Origin: Blastocystis sp. Blastoise
Taxonomy: Eukaryota > Protista > Bigyra: Opalinata
Assembly (NCBI GenBank): GCA_039096225.1
Contig: JBBPEB010000011.1
Coordinates: forward strand, 961,234 to 1,025,233
Direction: 5' to 3'
Length of the DNA stretch: 64,000 nt
In this document: one piece after another, positions 25,501 through 40,500 of the stretch
Layout: the number at the start of each line of letters is the position of its first letter
How positions within the stretch are numbered: the stretch's first letter is position 1
Position numbers and translations under genes: made by a program
The notes under the pieces: generated by a model
Told to the model about the DNA's origin: nothing
Databases searched by the model: none
What the model saw: only the letters and a program-made list of their open reading frames with translations

Positions 25501-28500
25501 TGTTATTTGTGAAGAAGGTAATTATTGTATAGAAGGTATTAAATATTCTTGTCCATCTGGTTCTTATGGTAATGAAACTGGTCTTTATAATAATAATTGT
25601 AGTGGTAAATGTTTAGAAGGTTATTATTGTTTAGAAGGATCTATATCATCAATTGAAAATGAATGTGGTAATGCAAATGTATATTGTCCTTTAGGTTCTT
25701 CTTCTCCTATTAATGTTCCTTTAGGTTCTTATTCTATTCCTCTTGATGTTAATTCTACAATTCGTTCTAATTTTGTTATTTGTGAAGAAGGTAATTATTG
25801 TATAGAAGGTATTAAATATTCTTGTCCATCTGGTTCTTATGGTAATGAAACTGGTCTTTATAATAATAATTGTAGTGGTAAATGTTTAGAAGGTTATTAT
25901 TGTTTAGAAGGATCTATATCATCAATTGAAAATGAATGTGGTAATGCAAATGTATATTGTCCTTTAGGTTCTTCTTCTCCTATTAATGTTCCTTTAGGTT
26001 CTTATTCTATTCCTCTTGATGTTAATTCTACAATTCGTTCTAATTTTGTTATTTGTGAAGAAGGTAATTATTGTATAGAAGGTATTAAATATTCTTGTCC
26101 ATCTGGTTCTTATGGTAATGAAACTGGTCTTTATAATAATAATTGTAGTGGTAAATGTTTAGAAGGTTATTATTGTTTAGAAGGATCTATATCATCAATT
26201 GAAAATGAATGTGGTAATGCAAATGTATATTGTCCTTTAGGTTCTTCTTCTCCTATTAATGTTCCTTTAGGTTCTTATTCTATTCCTCTTGATGTTAATT
26301 CTACAATTCGTTCTAATTTTGTTATTTGTGAAGAAGGTAATTATTGTATAGAAGGTATTAAATATTCTTGTCCATCTGGTTCTTATGGTAATGAAACTGG
26401 TCTTTATAATAATAATTGTAGTGGTAAATGTTTAGAAGGTTATTATTGTTTAGAAGGATCTATATCATCAATTGAAAATGAATGTGGTAATGCAAATGTA
26501 TATTGTCCTTTAGGTTCTTCTTCTCCTATTAATGTTCCTTTAGGTTCTTATTCTATTCCTCTTGATGTTAATTCTACAATTCGTTCTAATTTTGTTATTT
26601 GTGAAGAAGGTAATTATTGTATAGAAGGTATTAAATATTCTTGTCCATCTGGTTCTTATGGTAATGAAACTGGTCTTTATAATAATAATTGTAGTGGTAA
26701 ATGTTTAGAAGGTTATTATTGTTTAGAAGGATCTATATCATCAATTGAAAATGAATGTGGTAATGCAAATGTATATTGTCCTTTAGGTTCTTCTTCTCCT
26801 ATTAATGTTCCTTTAGGTTCTTATTCTATTCCTCTTGATGTTAATTCTACAATTCGTTCTAATTTTGTTATTTGTGAAGAAGGTAATTATTGTATAGAAG
26901 GTATTAAATATTCTTGTCCATCTGGTTCTTATGGTAATGAAACTGGTCTTTATAATAATAATTGTAGTGGTAAATGTTTAGAAGGTTATTATTGTTTAGA
27001 AGGATCTATATCATCAATTGAAAATGAATGTGGTAATGCAAATGTATATTGTCCTTTAGGTTCTTCTTCTCCTATTAATGTTCCTTTAGGTTCTTATTCT
27101 ATTCCTCTTGATGTTAATTCTACAATTCGTTCTAATTTTGTTATTTGTGAAGAAGGTAATTATTGTATAGAAGGTATTAAATATTCTTGTCCATCTGGTT
27201 CTTATGGTAATGAAACTGGTCTTTATAATAATAATTGTAGTGGTAAATGTTTAGAAGGTTATTATTGTTTAGAAGGATCTATATCATCAATTGAAAATGA
27301 ATGTGGTAATGCAAATGTATATTGTCCTTTAGGTTCTTCTTCTCCTATTAATGTTCCTTTAGGTTCTTATTCTATTCCTCTTGATGTTAATTCTACAATT
27401 CGTTCTAATTTTGTTATTTGTGAAGAAGGTAATTATTGTATAGAAGGTATTAAATATTCTTGTCCATCTGGTTCTTATGGTAATGAAACTGGTCTTTATA
27501 ATAATAATTGTAGTGGTAAATGTTTAGAAGGTTATTATTGTTTAGAAGGATCTATATCATCAATTGAAAATGAATGTGGTAATGCAAATGTATATTGTCC
27601 TTTAGGTTCTTCTTCTCCTATTAATGTTCCTTTAGGTTCTTATTCTATTCCTCTTGATGTTAATTCTACAATTCGTTCTAATTTTGTTATTTGTGAAGAA
27701 GGTAATTATTGTATAGAAGGTATTAAATATTCTTGTCCATCTGGTTCTTATGGTAATGAAACTGGTCTTTATAATAATAATTGTAGTGGTAAATGTTTAG
27801 AAGGTTATTATTGTTTAGAAGGATCTATATCATCAATTGAAAATGAATGTGGTAATGCAAATGTATATTGTCCTTTAGGTTCTTCTTCTCCTATTAATGT
27901 TCCTTTAGGTTCTTATTCTATTCCTCTTGATGTTAATTCTACAATTCGTTCTAATTTTGTTATTTGTGAAGAAGGTAATTATTGTATAGAAGGTATTAAA
28001 TATTCTTGTCCATCTGGTTCTTATGGTAATGAAACTGGTCTTTATAATAATAATTGTAGTGGTAAATGTTTAGAAGGTTATTATTGTTTAGAAGGATCTA
28101 TATCATCAATTGAAAATGAATGTGGTAATGCAAATGTATATTGTCCTTTAGGTTCTTCTTCTCCTATTAATGTTCCTTTAGGTTCTTATTCTATTCCTCT
28201 TGATGTTAATTCTACAATTCGTTCTAATTTTGTTATTTGTGAAGAAGGTAATTATTGTATAGAAGGTATTAAATATTCTTGTCCATCTGGTTCTTATGGT
28301 AATGAAACTGGTCTTTATAATAATAATTGTAGTGGTAAATGTTTAGAAGGTTATTATTGTTTAGAAGGATCTATATCATCAATTGAAAATGAATGTGGTA
28401 ATGCAAATGTATATTGTCCTTTAGGTTCTTCTTCTCCTATTAATGTTCCTTTAGGTTCTTATTCTATTCCTCTTGATGTTAATTCTACAATTCGTTCTAA

Positions 28501-31500
28501 TTTTGTTATTTGTGAAGAAGGTAATTATTGTATAGAAGGTATTAAATATTCTTGTCCATCTGGTTCTTATGGTAATGAAACTGGTCTTTATAATAATAAT
28601 TGTAGTGGTAAATGTTTAGAAGGTTATTATTGTTTAGAAGGATCTATATCATCAATTGAAAATGAATGTGGTAATGCAAATGTATATTGTCCTTTAGGTT
28701 CTTCTTCTCCTATTAATGTTCCTTTAGGTTCTTATTCTATTCCTCTTGATGTTAATTCTACAATTCGTTCTAATTTTGTTATTTGTGAAGAAGGTAATTA
28801 TTGTATAGAAGGTATTAAATATTCTTGTCCATCTGGTTCTTATGGTAATGAAACTGGTCTTTATAATAATAATTGTAGTGGTAAATGTTTAGAAGGTTAT
28901 TATTGTTTAGAAGGATCTATATCATCAATTGAAAATGAATGTGGTAATGCAAATGTATATTGTCCTTTAGGTTCTTCTTCTCCTATTAATGTTCCTTTAG
29001 GTTCTTATTCTATTCCTCTTGATGTTAATTCTACAATTCGTTCTAATTTTGTTATTTGTGAAGAAGGTAATTATTGTATAGAAGGTATTAAATATTCTTG
29101 TCCATCTGGTTCTTATGGTAATGAAACTGGTCTTTATAATAATAATTGTAGTGGTAAATGTTTAGAAGGTTATTATTGTTTAGAAGGATCTATATCATCA
29201 ATTGAAAATGAATGTGGTAATGCAAATGTATATTGTCCTTTAGGTTCTTCTTCTCCTATTAATGTTCCTTTAGGTTCTTATTCTATTCCTCTTGATGTTA
29301 ATTCTACAATTCGTTCTAATTTTGTTATTTGTGAAGAAGGTAATTATTGTATAGAAGGTATTAAATATTCTTGTCCATCTGGTTCTTATGGTAATGAAAC
29401 TGGTCTTTATAATAATAATTGTAGTGGTAAATGTTTAGAAGGTTATTATTGTTTAGAAGGATCTATATCATCAATTGAAAATGAATGTGGTAATGCAAAT
29501 GTATATTGTCCTTTAGGTTCTTCTTCTCCTATTAATGTTCCTTTAGGTTCTTATTCTATTCCTCTTGATGTTAATTCTACAATTCGTTCTAATTTTGTTA
29601 TTTGTGAAGAAGGTAATTATTGTATAGAAGGTATTAAATATTCTTGTCCATCTGGTTCTTATGGTAATGAAACTGGTCTTTATAATAATAATTGTAGTGG
29701 TAAATGTTTAGAAGGTTATTATTGTTTAGAAGGATCTATATCATCAATTGAAAATGAATGTGGTAATGCAAATGTATATTGTCCTTTAGGTTCTTCTTCT
29801 CCTATTAATGTTCCTTTAGGTTCTTATTCTATTCCTCTTGATGTTAATTCTACAATTCGTTCTAATTTTGTTATTTGTGAAGAAGGTAATTATTGTATAG
29901 AAGGTATTAAATATTCTTGTCCATCTGGTTCTTATGGTAATGAAACTGGTCTTTATAATAATAATTGTAGTGGTAAATGTTTAGAAGGTTATTATTGTTT
30001 AGAAGGATCTATATCATCAATTGAAAATGAATGTGGTAATGCAAATGTATATTGTCCTTTAGGTTCTTCTTCTCCTATTAATGTTCCTTTAGGTTCTTAT
30101 TCTATTCCTCTTGATGTTAATTCTACAATTCGTTCTAATTTTGTTATTTGTGAAGAAGGTAATTATTGTATAGAAGGTATTAAATATTCTTGTCCATCTG
30201 GTTCTTATGGTAATGAAACTGGTCTTTATAATAATAATTGTAGTGGTAAATGTTTAGAAGGTTATTATTGTTTAGAAGGATCTATATCATCAATTGAAAA
30301 TGAATGTGGTAATGCAAATGTATATTGTCCTTTAGGTTCTTCTTCTCCTATTAATGTTCCTTTAGGTTCTTATTCTATTCCTCTTGATGTTAATTCTACA
30401 ATTCGTTCTAATTTTGTTATTTGTGAAGAAGGTAATTATTGTATAGAAGGTATTAAATATTCTTGTCCATCTGGTTCTTATGGTAATGAAACTGGTCTTT
30501 ATAATAATAATTGTAGTGGTAAATGTTTAGAAGGTTATTATTGTTTAGAAGGATCTATATCATCAATTGAAAATGAATGTGGTAATGCAAATGTATATTG
30601 TCCTTTAGGTTCTTCTTCTCCTATTAATGTTCCTTTAGGTTCTTATTCTATTCCTCTTGATGTTAATTCTACAATTCGTTCTAATTTTGTTATTTGTGAA
30701 GAAGGTAATTATTGTATAGAAGGTATTAAATATTCTTGTCCATCTGGTTCTTATGGTAATGAAACTGGTCTTTATAATAATAATTGTAGTGGTAAATGTT
30801 TAGAAGGTTATTATTGTTTAGAAGGATCTATATCATCAATTGAAAATGAATGTGGTAATGCAAATGTATATTGTCCTTTAGGTTCTTCTTCTCCTATTAA
30901 TGTTCCTTTAGGTTCTTATTCTATTCCTCTTGATGTTAATTCTACAATTCGTTCTAATTTTGTTATTTGTGAAGAAGGTAATTATTGTATAGAAGGTATT
31001 AAATATTCTTGTCCATCTGGTTCTTATGGTAATGAAACTGGTCTTTATAATAATAATTGTAGTGGTAAATGTTTAGAAGGTTATTATTGTTTAGAAGGAT
31101 CTATATCATCAATTGAAAATGAATGTGGTAATGCAAATGTATATTGTCCTTTAGGTTCTTCTTCTCCTATTAATGTTCCTTTAGGTTCTTATTCTATTCC
31201 TCTTGATGTTAATTCTACAATTCGTTCTAATTTTGTTATTTGTGAAGAAGGTAATTATTGTATAGAAGGTATTAAATATTCTTGTCCATCTGGTTCTTAT
31301 GGTAATGAAACTGGTCTTTATAATAATAATTGTAGTGGTAAATGTTTAGAAGGTTATTATTGTTTAGAAGGATCTATATCATCAATTGAAAATGAATGTG
31401 GTAATGCAAATGTATATTGTCCTTTAGGTTCTTCTTCTCCTATTAATGTTCCTTTAGGTTCTTATTCTATTCCTCTTGATGTTAATTCTACAATTCGTTC

Positions 31501-34500
31501 TAATTTTGTTATTTGTGAAGAAGGTAATTATTGTATAGAAGGTATTAAATATTCTTGTCCATCTGGTTCTTATGGTAATGAAACTGGTCTTTATAATAAT
31601 AATTGTAGTGGTAAATGTTTAGAAGGTTATTATTGTTTAGAAGGATCTATATCATCAATTGAAAATGAATGTGGTAATGCAAATGTATATTGTCCTTTAG
31701 GTTCTTCTTCTCCTATTAATGTTCCTTTAGGTTCTTATTCTATTCCTCTTGATGTTAATTCTACAATTCGTTCTAATTTTGTTATTTGTGAAGAAGGTAA
31801 TTATTGTATAGAAGGTATTAAATATTCTTGTCCATCTGGTTCTTATGGTAATGAAACTGGTCTTTATAATAATAATTGTAGTGGTAAATGTTTAGAAGGT
31901 TATTATTGTTTAGAAGGATCTATATCATCAATTGAAAATGAATGTGGTAATGCAAATGTATATTGTCCTTTAGGTTCTTCTTCTCCTATTAATGTTCCTT
32001 TAGGTTCTTATTCTATTCCTCTTGATGTTAATTCTACAATTCGTTCTAATTTTGTTATTTGTGAAGAAGGTAATTATTGTATAGAAGGTATTAAATATTC
32101 TTGTCCATCTGGTTCTTATGGTAATGAAACTGGTCTTTATAATAATAATTGTAGTGGTAAATGTTTAGAAGGTTATTATTGTTTAGAAGGATCTATATCA
32201 TCAATTGAAAATGAATGTGGTAATGCAAATGTATATTGTCCTTTAGGTTCTTCTTCTCCTATTAATGTTCCTTTAGGTTCTTATTCTATTCCTCTTGATG
32301 TTAATTCTACAATTCGTTCTAATTTTGTTATTTGTGAAGAAGGTAATTATTGTATAGAAGGTATTAAATATTCTTGTCCATCTGGTTCTTATGGTAATGA
32401 AACTGGTCTTTATAATAATAATTGTAGTGGTAAATGTTTAGAAGGTTATTATTGTTTAGAAGGATCTATATCATCAATTGAAAATGAATGTGGTAATGCA
32501 AATGTATATTGTCCTTTAGGTTCTTCTTCTCCTATTAATGTTCCTTTAGGTTCTTATTCTATTCCTCTTGATGTTAATTCTACAATTCGTTCTAATTTTG
32601 TTATTTGTGAAGAAGGTAATTATTGTATAGAAGGTATTAAATATTCTTGTCCATCTGGTTCTTATGGTAATGAAACTGGTCTTTATAATAATAATTGTAG
32701 TGGTAAATGTTTAGAAGGTTATTATTGTTTAGAAGGATCTATATCATCAATTGAAAATGAATGTGGTAATGCAAATGTATATTGTCCTTTAGGTTCTTCT
32801 TCTCCTATTAATGTTCCTTTAGGTTCTTATTCTATTCCTCTTGATGTTAATTCTACAATTCGTTCTAATTTTGTTATTTGTGAAGAAGGTAATTATTGTA
32901 TAGAAGGTATTAAATATTCTTGTCCATCTGGTTCTTATGGTAATGAAACTGGTCTTTATAATAATAATTGTAGTGGTAAATGTTTAGAAGGTTATTATTG
33001 TTTAGAAGGATCTATATCATCAATTGAAAATGAATGTGGTAATGCAAATGTATATTGTCCTTTAGGTTCTTCTTCTCCTATTAATGTTCCTTTAGGTTCT
33101 TATTCTATTCCTCTTGATGTTAATTCTACAATTCGTTCTAATTTTGTTATTTGTGAAGAAGGTAATTATTGTATAGAAGGTATTAAATATTCTTGTCCAT
33201 CTGGTTCTTATGGTAATGAAACTGGTCTTTATAATAATAATTGTAGTGGTAAATGTTTAGAAGGTTATTATTGTTTAGAAGGATCTATATCATCAATTGA
33301 AAATGAATGTGGTAATGCAAATGTATATTGTCCTTTAGGTTCTTCTTCTCCTATTAATGTTCCTTTAGGTTCTTATTCTATTCCTCTTGATGTTAATTCT
33401 ACAATTCGTTCTAATTTTGTTATTTGTGAAGAAGGTAATTATTGTATAGAAGGTATTAAATATTCTTGTCCATCTGGTTCTTATGGTAATGAAACTGGTC
33501 TTTATAATAATAATTGTAGTGGTAAATGTTTAGAAGGTTATTATTGTTTAGAAGGATCTATATCATCAATTGAAAATGAATGTGGTAATGCAAATGTATA
33601 TTGTCCTTTAGGTTCTTCTTCTCCTATTAATGTTCCTTTAGGTTCTTATTCTATTCCTCTTGATGTTAATTCTACAATTCGTTCTAATTTTGTTATTTGT
33701 GAAGAAGGTAATTATTGTATAGAAGGTATTAAATATTCTTGTCCATCTGGTTCTTATGGTAATGAAACTGGTCTTTATAATAATAATTGTAGTGGTAAAT
33801 GTTTAGAAGGTTATTATTGTTTAGAAGGATCTATATCATCAATTGAAAATGAATGTGGTAATGCAAATGTATATTGTCCTTTAGGTTCTTCTTCTCCTAT
33901 TAATGTTCCTTTAGGTTCTTATTCTATTCCTCTTGATGTTAATTCTACAATTCGTTCTAATTTTGTTATTTGTGAAGAAGGTAATTATTGTATAGAAGGT
34001 ATTAAATATTCTTGTCCATCTGGTTCTTATGGTAATGAAACTGGTCTTTATAATAATAATTGTAGTGGTAAATGTTTAGAAGGTTATTATTGTTTAGAAG
34101 GATCTATATCATCAATTGAAAATGAATGTGGTAATGCAAATGTATATTGTCCTTTAGGTTCTTCTTCTCCTATTAATGTTCCTTTAGGTTCTTATTCTAT
34201 TCCTCTTGATGTTAATTCTACAATTCGTTCTAATTTTGTTATTTGTGAAGAAGGTAATTATTGTATAGAAGGTATTAAATATTCTTGTCCATCTGGTTCT
34301 TATGGTAATGAAACTGGTCTTTATAATAATAATTGTAGTGGTAAATGTTTAGAAGGTTATTATTGTTTAGAAGGATCTATATCATCAATTGAAAATGAAT
34401 GTGGTAATGCAAATGTATATTGTCCTTTAGGTTCTTCTTCTCCTATTAATGTTCCTTTAGGTTCTTATTCTATTCCTCTTGATGTTAATTCTACAATTCG

Positions 34501-37500
34501 TTCTAATTTTGTTATTTGTGAAGAAGGTAATTATTGTATAGAAGGTATTAAATATTCTTGTCCATCTGGTTCTTATGGTAATGAAACTGGTCTTTATAAT
34601 AATAATTGTAGTGGTAAATGTTTAGAAGGTTATTATTGTTTAGAAGGATCTATATCATCAATTGAAAATGAATGTGGTAATGCAAATGTATATTGTCCTT
34701 TAGGTTCTTCTTCTCCTATTAATGTTCCTTTAGGTTCTTATTCTATTCCTCTTGATGTTAATTCTACAATTCGTTCTAATTTTGTTATTTGTGAAGAAGG
34801 TAATTATTGTATAGAAGGTATTAAATATTCTTGTCCATCTGGTTCTTATGGTAATGAAACTGGTCTTTATAATAATAATTGTAGTGGTAAATGTTTAGAA
34901 GGTTATTATTGTTTAGAAGGATCTATATCATCAATTGAAAATGAATGTGGTAATGCAAATGTATATTGTCCTTTAGGTTCTTCTTCTCCTATTAATGTTC
35001 CTTTAGGTTCTTATTCTATTCCTCTTGATGTTAATTCTACAATTCGTTCTAATTTTGTTATTTGTGAAGAAGGTAATTATTGTATAGAAGGTATTAAATA
35101 TTCTTGTCCATCTGGTTCTTATGGTAATGAAACTGGTCTTTATAATAATAATTGTAGTGGTAAATGTTTAGAAGGTTATTATTGTTTAGAAGGATCTATA
35201 TCATCAATTGAAAATGAATGTGGTAATGCAAATGTATATTGTCCTTTAGGTTCTTCTTCTCCTATTAATGTTCCTTTAGGTTCTTATTCTATTCCTCTTG
35301 ATGTTAATTCTACAATTCGTTCTAATTTTGTTATTTGTGAAGAAGGTAATTATTGTATAGAAGGTATTAAATATTCTTGTCCATCTGGTTCTTATGGTAA
35401 TGAAACTGGTCTTTATAATAATAATTGTAGTGGTAAATGTTTAGAAGGTTATTATTGTTTAGAAGGATCTATATCATCAATTGAAAATGAATGTGGTAAT
35501 GCAAATGTATATTGTCCTTTAGGTTCTTCTTCTCCTATTAATGTTCCTTTAGGTTCTTATTCTATTCCTCTTGATGTTAATTCTACAATTCGTTCTAATT
35601 TTGTTATTTGTGAAGAAGGTAATTATTGTATAGAAGGTATTAAATATTCTTGTCCATCTGGTTCTTATGGTAATGAAACTGGTCTTTATAATAATAATTG
35701 TAGTGGTAAATGTTTAGAAGGTTATTATTGTTTAGAAGGATCTATATCATCAATTGAAAATGAATGTGGTAATGCAAATGTATATTGTCCTTTAGGTTCT
35801 TCTTCTCCTATTAATGTTCCTTTAGGTTCTTATTCTATTCCTCTTGATGTTAATTCTACAATTCGTTCTAATTTTGTTATTTGTGAAGAAGGTAATTATT
35901 GTATAGAAGGTATTAAATATTCTTGTCCATCTGGTTCTTATGGTAATGAAACTGGTCTTTATAATAATAATTGTAGTGGTAAATGTTTAGAAGGTTATTA
36001 TTGTTTAGAAGGATCTATATCATCAATTGAAAATGAATGTGGTAATGCAAATGTATATTGTCCTTTAGGTTCTTCTTCTCCTATTAATGTTCCTTTAGGT
36101 TCTTATTCTATTCCTCTTGATGTTAATTCTACAATTCGTTCTAATTTTGTTATTTGTGAAGAAGGTAATTATTGTATAGAAGGTATTAAATATTCTTGTC
36201 CATCTGGTTCTTATGGTAATGAAACTGGTCTTTATAATAATAATTGTAGTGGTAAATGTTTAGAAGGTTATTATTGTTTAGAAGGATCTATATCATCAAT
36301 TGAAAATGAATGTGGTAATGCAAATGTATATTGTCCTTTAGGTTCTTCTTCTCCTATTAATGTTCCTTTAGGTTCTTATTCTATTCCTCTTGATGTTAAT
36401 TCTACAATTCGTTCTAATTTTGTTATTTGTGAAGAAGGTAATTATTGTATAGAAGGTATTAAATATTCTTGTCCATCTGGTTCTTATGGTAATGAAACTG
36501 GTCTTTATAATAATAATTGTAGTGGTAAATGTTTAGAAGGTTATTATTGTTTAGAAGGATCTATATCATCAATTGAAAATGAATGTGGTAATGCAAATGT
36601 ATATTGTCCTTTAGGTTCTTCTTCTCCTATTAATGTTCCTTTAGGTTCTTATTCTATTCCTCTTGATGTTAATTCTACAATTCGTTCTAATTTTGTTATT
36701 TGTGAAGAAGGTAATTATTGTATAGAAGGTATTAAATATTCTTGTCCATCTGGTTCTTATGGTAATGAAACTGGTCTTTATAATAATAATTGTAGTGGTA
36801 AATGTTTAGAAGGTTATTATTGTTTAGAAGGATCTATATCATCAATTGAAAATGAATGTGGTAATGCAAATGTATATTGTCCTTTAGGTTCTTCTTCTCC
36901 TATTAATGTTCCTTTAGGTTCTTATTCTATTCCTCTTGATGTTAATTCTACAATTCGTTCTAATTTTGTTATTTGTGAAGAAGGTAATTATTGTATAGAA
37001 GGTATTAAATATTCTTGTCCATCTGGTTCTTATGGTAATGAAACTGGTCTTTATAATAATAATTGTAGTGGTAAATGTTTAGAAGGTTATTATTGTTTAG
37101 AAGGATCTATATCATCAATTGAAAATGAATGTGGTAATGCAAATGTATATTGTCCTTTAGGTTCTTCTTCTCCTATTAATGTTCCTTTAGGTTCTTATTC
37201 TATTCCTCTTGATGTTAATTCTACAATTCGTTCTAATTTTGTTATTTGTGAAGAAGGTAATTATTGTATAGAAGGTATTAAATATTCTTGTCCATCTGGT
37301 TCTTATGGTAATGAAACTGGTCTTTATAATAATAATTGTAGTGGTAAATGTTTAGAAGGTTATTATTGTTTAGAAGGATCTATATCATCAATTGAAAATG
37401 AATGTGGTAATGCAAATGTATATTGTCCTTTAGGTTCTTCTTCTCCTATTAATGTTCCTTTAGGTTCTTATTCTATTCCTCTTGATGTTAATTCTACAAT

Positions 37501-40500
37501 TCGTTCTAATTTTGTTATTTGTGAAGAAGGTAATTATTGTATAGAAGGTATTAAATATTCTTGTCCATCTGGTTCTTATGGTAATGAAACTGGTCTTTAT
37601 AATAATAATTGTAGTGGTAAATGTTTAGAAGGTTATTATTGTTTAGAAGGATCTATATCATCAATTGAAAATGAATGTGGTAATGCAAATGTATATTGTC
37701 CTTTAGGTTCTTCTTCTCCTATTAATGTTCCTTTAGGTTCTTATTCTATTCCTCTTGATGTTAATTCTACAATTCGTTCTAATTTTGTTATTTGTGAAGA
37801 AGGTAATTATTGTATAGAAGGTATTAAATATTCTTGTCCATCTGGTTCTTATGGTAATGAAACTGGTCTTTATAATAATAATTGTAGTGGTAAATGTTTA
37901 GAAGGTTATTATTGTTTAGAAGGATCTATATCATCAATTGAAAATGAATGTGGTAATGCAAATGTATATTGTCCTTTAGGTTCTTCTTCTCCTATTAATG
38001 TTCCTTTAGGTTCTTATTCTATTCCTCTTGATGTTAATTCTACAATTCGTTCTAATTTTGTTATTTGTGAAGAAGGTAATTATTGTATAGAAGGTATTAA
38101 ATATTCTTGTCCATCTGGTTCTTATGGTAATGAAACTGGTCTTTATAATAATAATTGTAGTGGTAAATGTTTAGAAGGTTATTATTGTTTAGAAGGATCT
38201 ATATCATCAATTGAAAATGAATGTGGTAATGCAAATGTATATTGTCCTTTAGGTTCTTCTTCTCCTATTAATGTTCCTTTAGGTTCTTATTCTATTCCTC
38301 TTGATGTTAATTCTACAATTCGTTCTAATTTTGTTATTTGTGAAGAAGGTAATTATTGTATAGAAGGTATTAAATATTCTTGTCCATCTGGTTCTTATGG
38401 TAATGAAACTGGTCTTTATAATAATAATTGTAGTGGTAAATGTTTAGAAGGTTATTATTGTTTAGAAGGATCTATATCATCAATTGAAAATGAATGTGGT
38501 AATGCAAATGTATATTGTCCTTTAGGTTCTTCTTCTCCTATTAATGTTCCTTTAGGTTCTTATTCTATTCCTCTTGATGTTAATTCTACAATTCGTTCTA
38601 ATTTTGTTATTTGTGAAGAAGGTAATTATTGTATAGAAGGTATTAAATATTCTTGTCCATCTGGTTCTTATGGTAATGAAACTGGTCTTTATAATAATAA
38701 TTGTAGTGGTAAATGTTTAGAAGGTTATTATTGTTTAGAAGGATCTATATCATCAATTGAAAATGAATGTGGTAATGCAAATGTATATTGTCCTTTAGGT
38801 TCTTCTTCTCCTATTAATGTTCCTTTAGGTTCTTATTCTATTCCTCTTGATGTTAATTCTACAATTCGTTCTAATTTTGTTATTTGTGAAGAAGGTAATT
38901 ATTGTATAGAAGGTATTAAATATTCTTGTCCATCTGGTTCTTATGGTAATGAAACTGGTCTTTATAATAATAATTGTAGTGGTAAATGTTTAGAAGGTTA
39001 TTATTGTTTAGAAGGATCTATATCATCAATTGAAAATGAATGTGGTAATGCAAATGTATATTGTCCTTTAGGTTCTTCTTCTCCTATTAATGTTCCTTTA
39101 GGTTCTTATTCTATTCCTCTTGATGTTAATTCTACAATTCGTTCTAATTTTGTTATTTGTGAAGAAGGTAATTATTGTATAGAAGGTATTAAATATTCTT
39201 GTCCATCTGGTTCTTATGGTAATGAAACTGGTCTTTATAATAATAATTGTAGTGGTAAATGTTTAGAAGGTTATTATTGTTTAGAAGGATCTATATCATC
39301 AATTGAAAATGAATGTGGTAATGCAAATGTATATTGTCCTTTAGGTTCTTCTTCTCCTATTAATGTTCCTTTAGGTTCTTATTCTATTCCTCTTGATGTT
39401 AATTCTACAATTCGTTCTAATTTTGTTATTTGTGAAGAAGGTAATTATTGTATAGAAGGTATTAAATATTCTTGTCCATCTGGTTCTTATGGTAATGAAA
39501 CTGGTCTTTATAATAATAATTGTAGTGGTAAATGTTTAGAAGGTTATTATTGTTTAGAAGGATCTATATCATCAATTGAAAATGAATGTGGTAATGCAAA
39601 TGTATATTGTCCTTTAGGTTCTTCTTCTCCTATTAATGTTCCTTTAGGTTCTTATTCTATTCCTCTTGATGTTAATTCTACAATTCGTTCTAATTTTGTT
39701 ATTTGTGAAGAAGGTAATTATTGTATAGAAGGTATTAAATATTCTTGTCCATCTGGTTCTTATGGTAATGAAACTGGTCTTTATAATAATAATTGTAGTG
39801 GTAAATGTTTAGAAGGTTATTATTGTTTAGAAGGATCTATATCATCAATTGAAAATGAATGTGGTAATGCAAATGTATATTGTCCTTTAGGTTCTTCTTC
39901 TCCTATTAATGTTCCTTTAGGTTCTTATTCTATTCCTCTTGATGTTAATTCTACAATTCGTTCTAATTTTGTTATTTGTGAAGAAGGTAATTATTGTATA
40001 GAAGGTATTAAATATTCTTGTCCATCTGGTTCTTATGGTAATGAAACTGGTCTTTATAATAATAATTGTAGTGGTAAATGTTTAGAAGGTTATTATTGTT
40101 TAGAAGGATCTATATCATCAATTGAAAATGAATGTGGTAATGCAAATGTATATTGTCCTTTAGGTTCTTCTTCTCCTATTAATGTTCCTTTAGGTTCTTA
40201 TTCTATTCCTCTTGATGTTAATTCTACAATTCGTTCTAATTTTGTTATTTGTGAAGAAGGTAATTATTGTATAGAAGGTATTAAATATTCTTGTCCATCT
40301 GGTTCTTATGGTAATGAAACTGGTCTTTATAATAATAATTGTAGTGGTAAATGTTTAGAAGGTTATTATTGTTTAGAAGGATCTATATCATCAATTGAAA
40401 ATGAATGTGGTAATGCAAATGTATATTGTCCTTTAGGTTCTTCTTCTCCTATTAATGTTCCTTTAGGTTCTTATTCTATTCCTCTTGATGTTAATTCTAC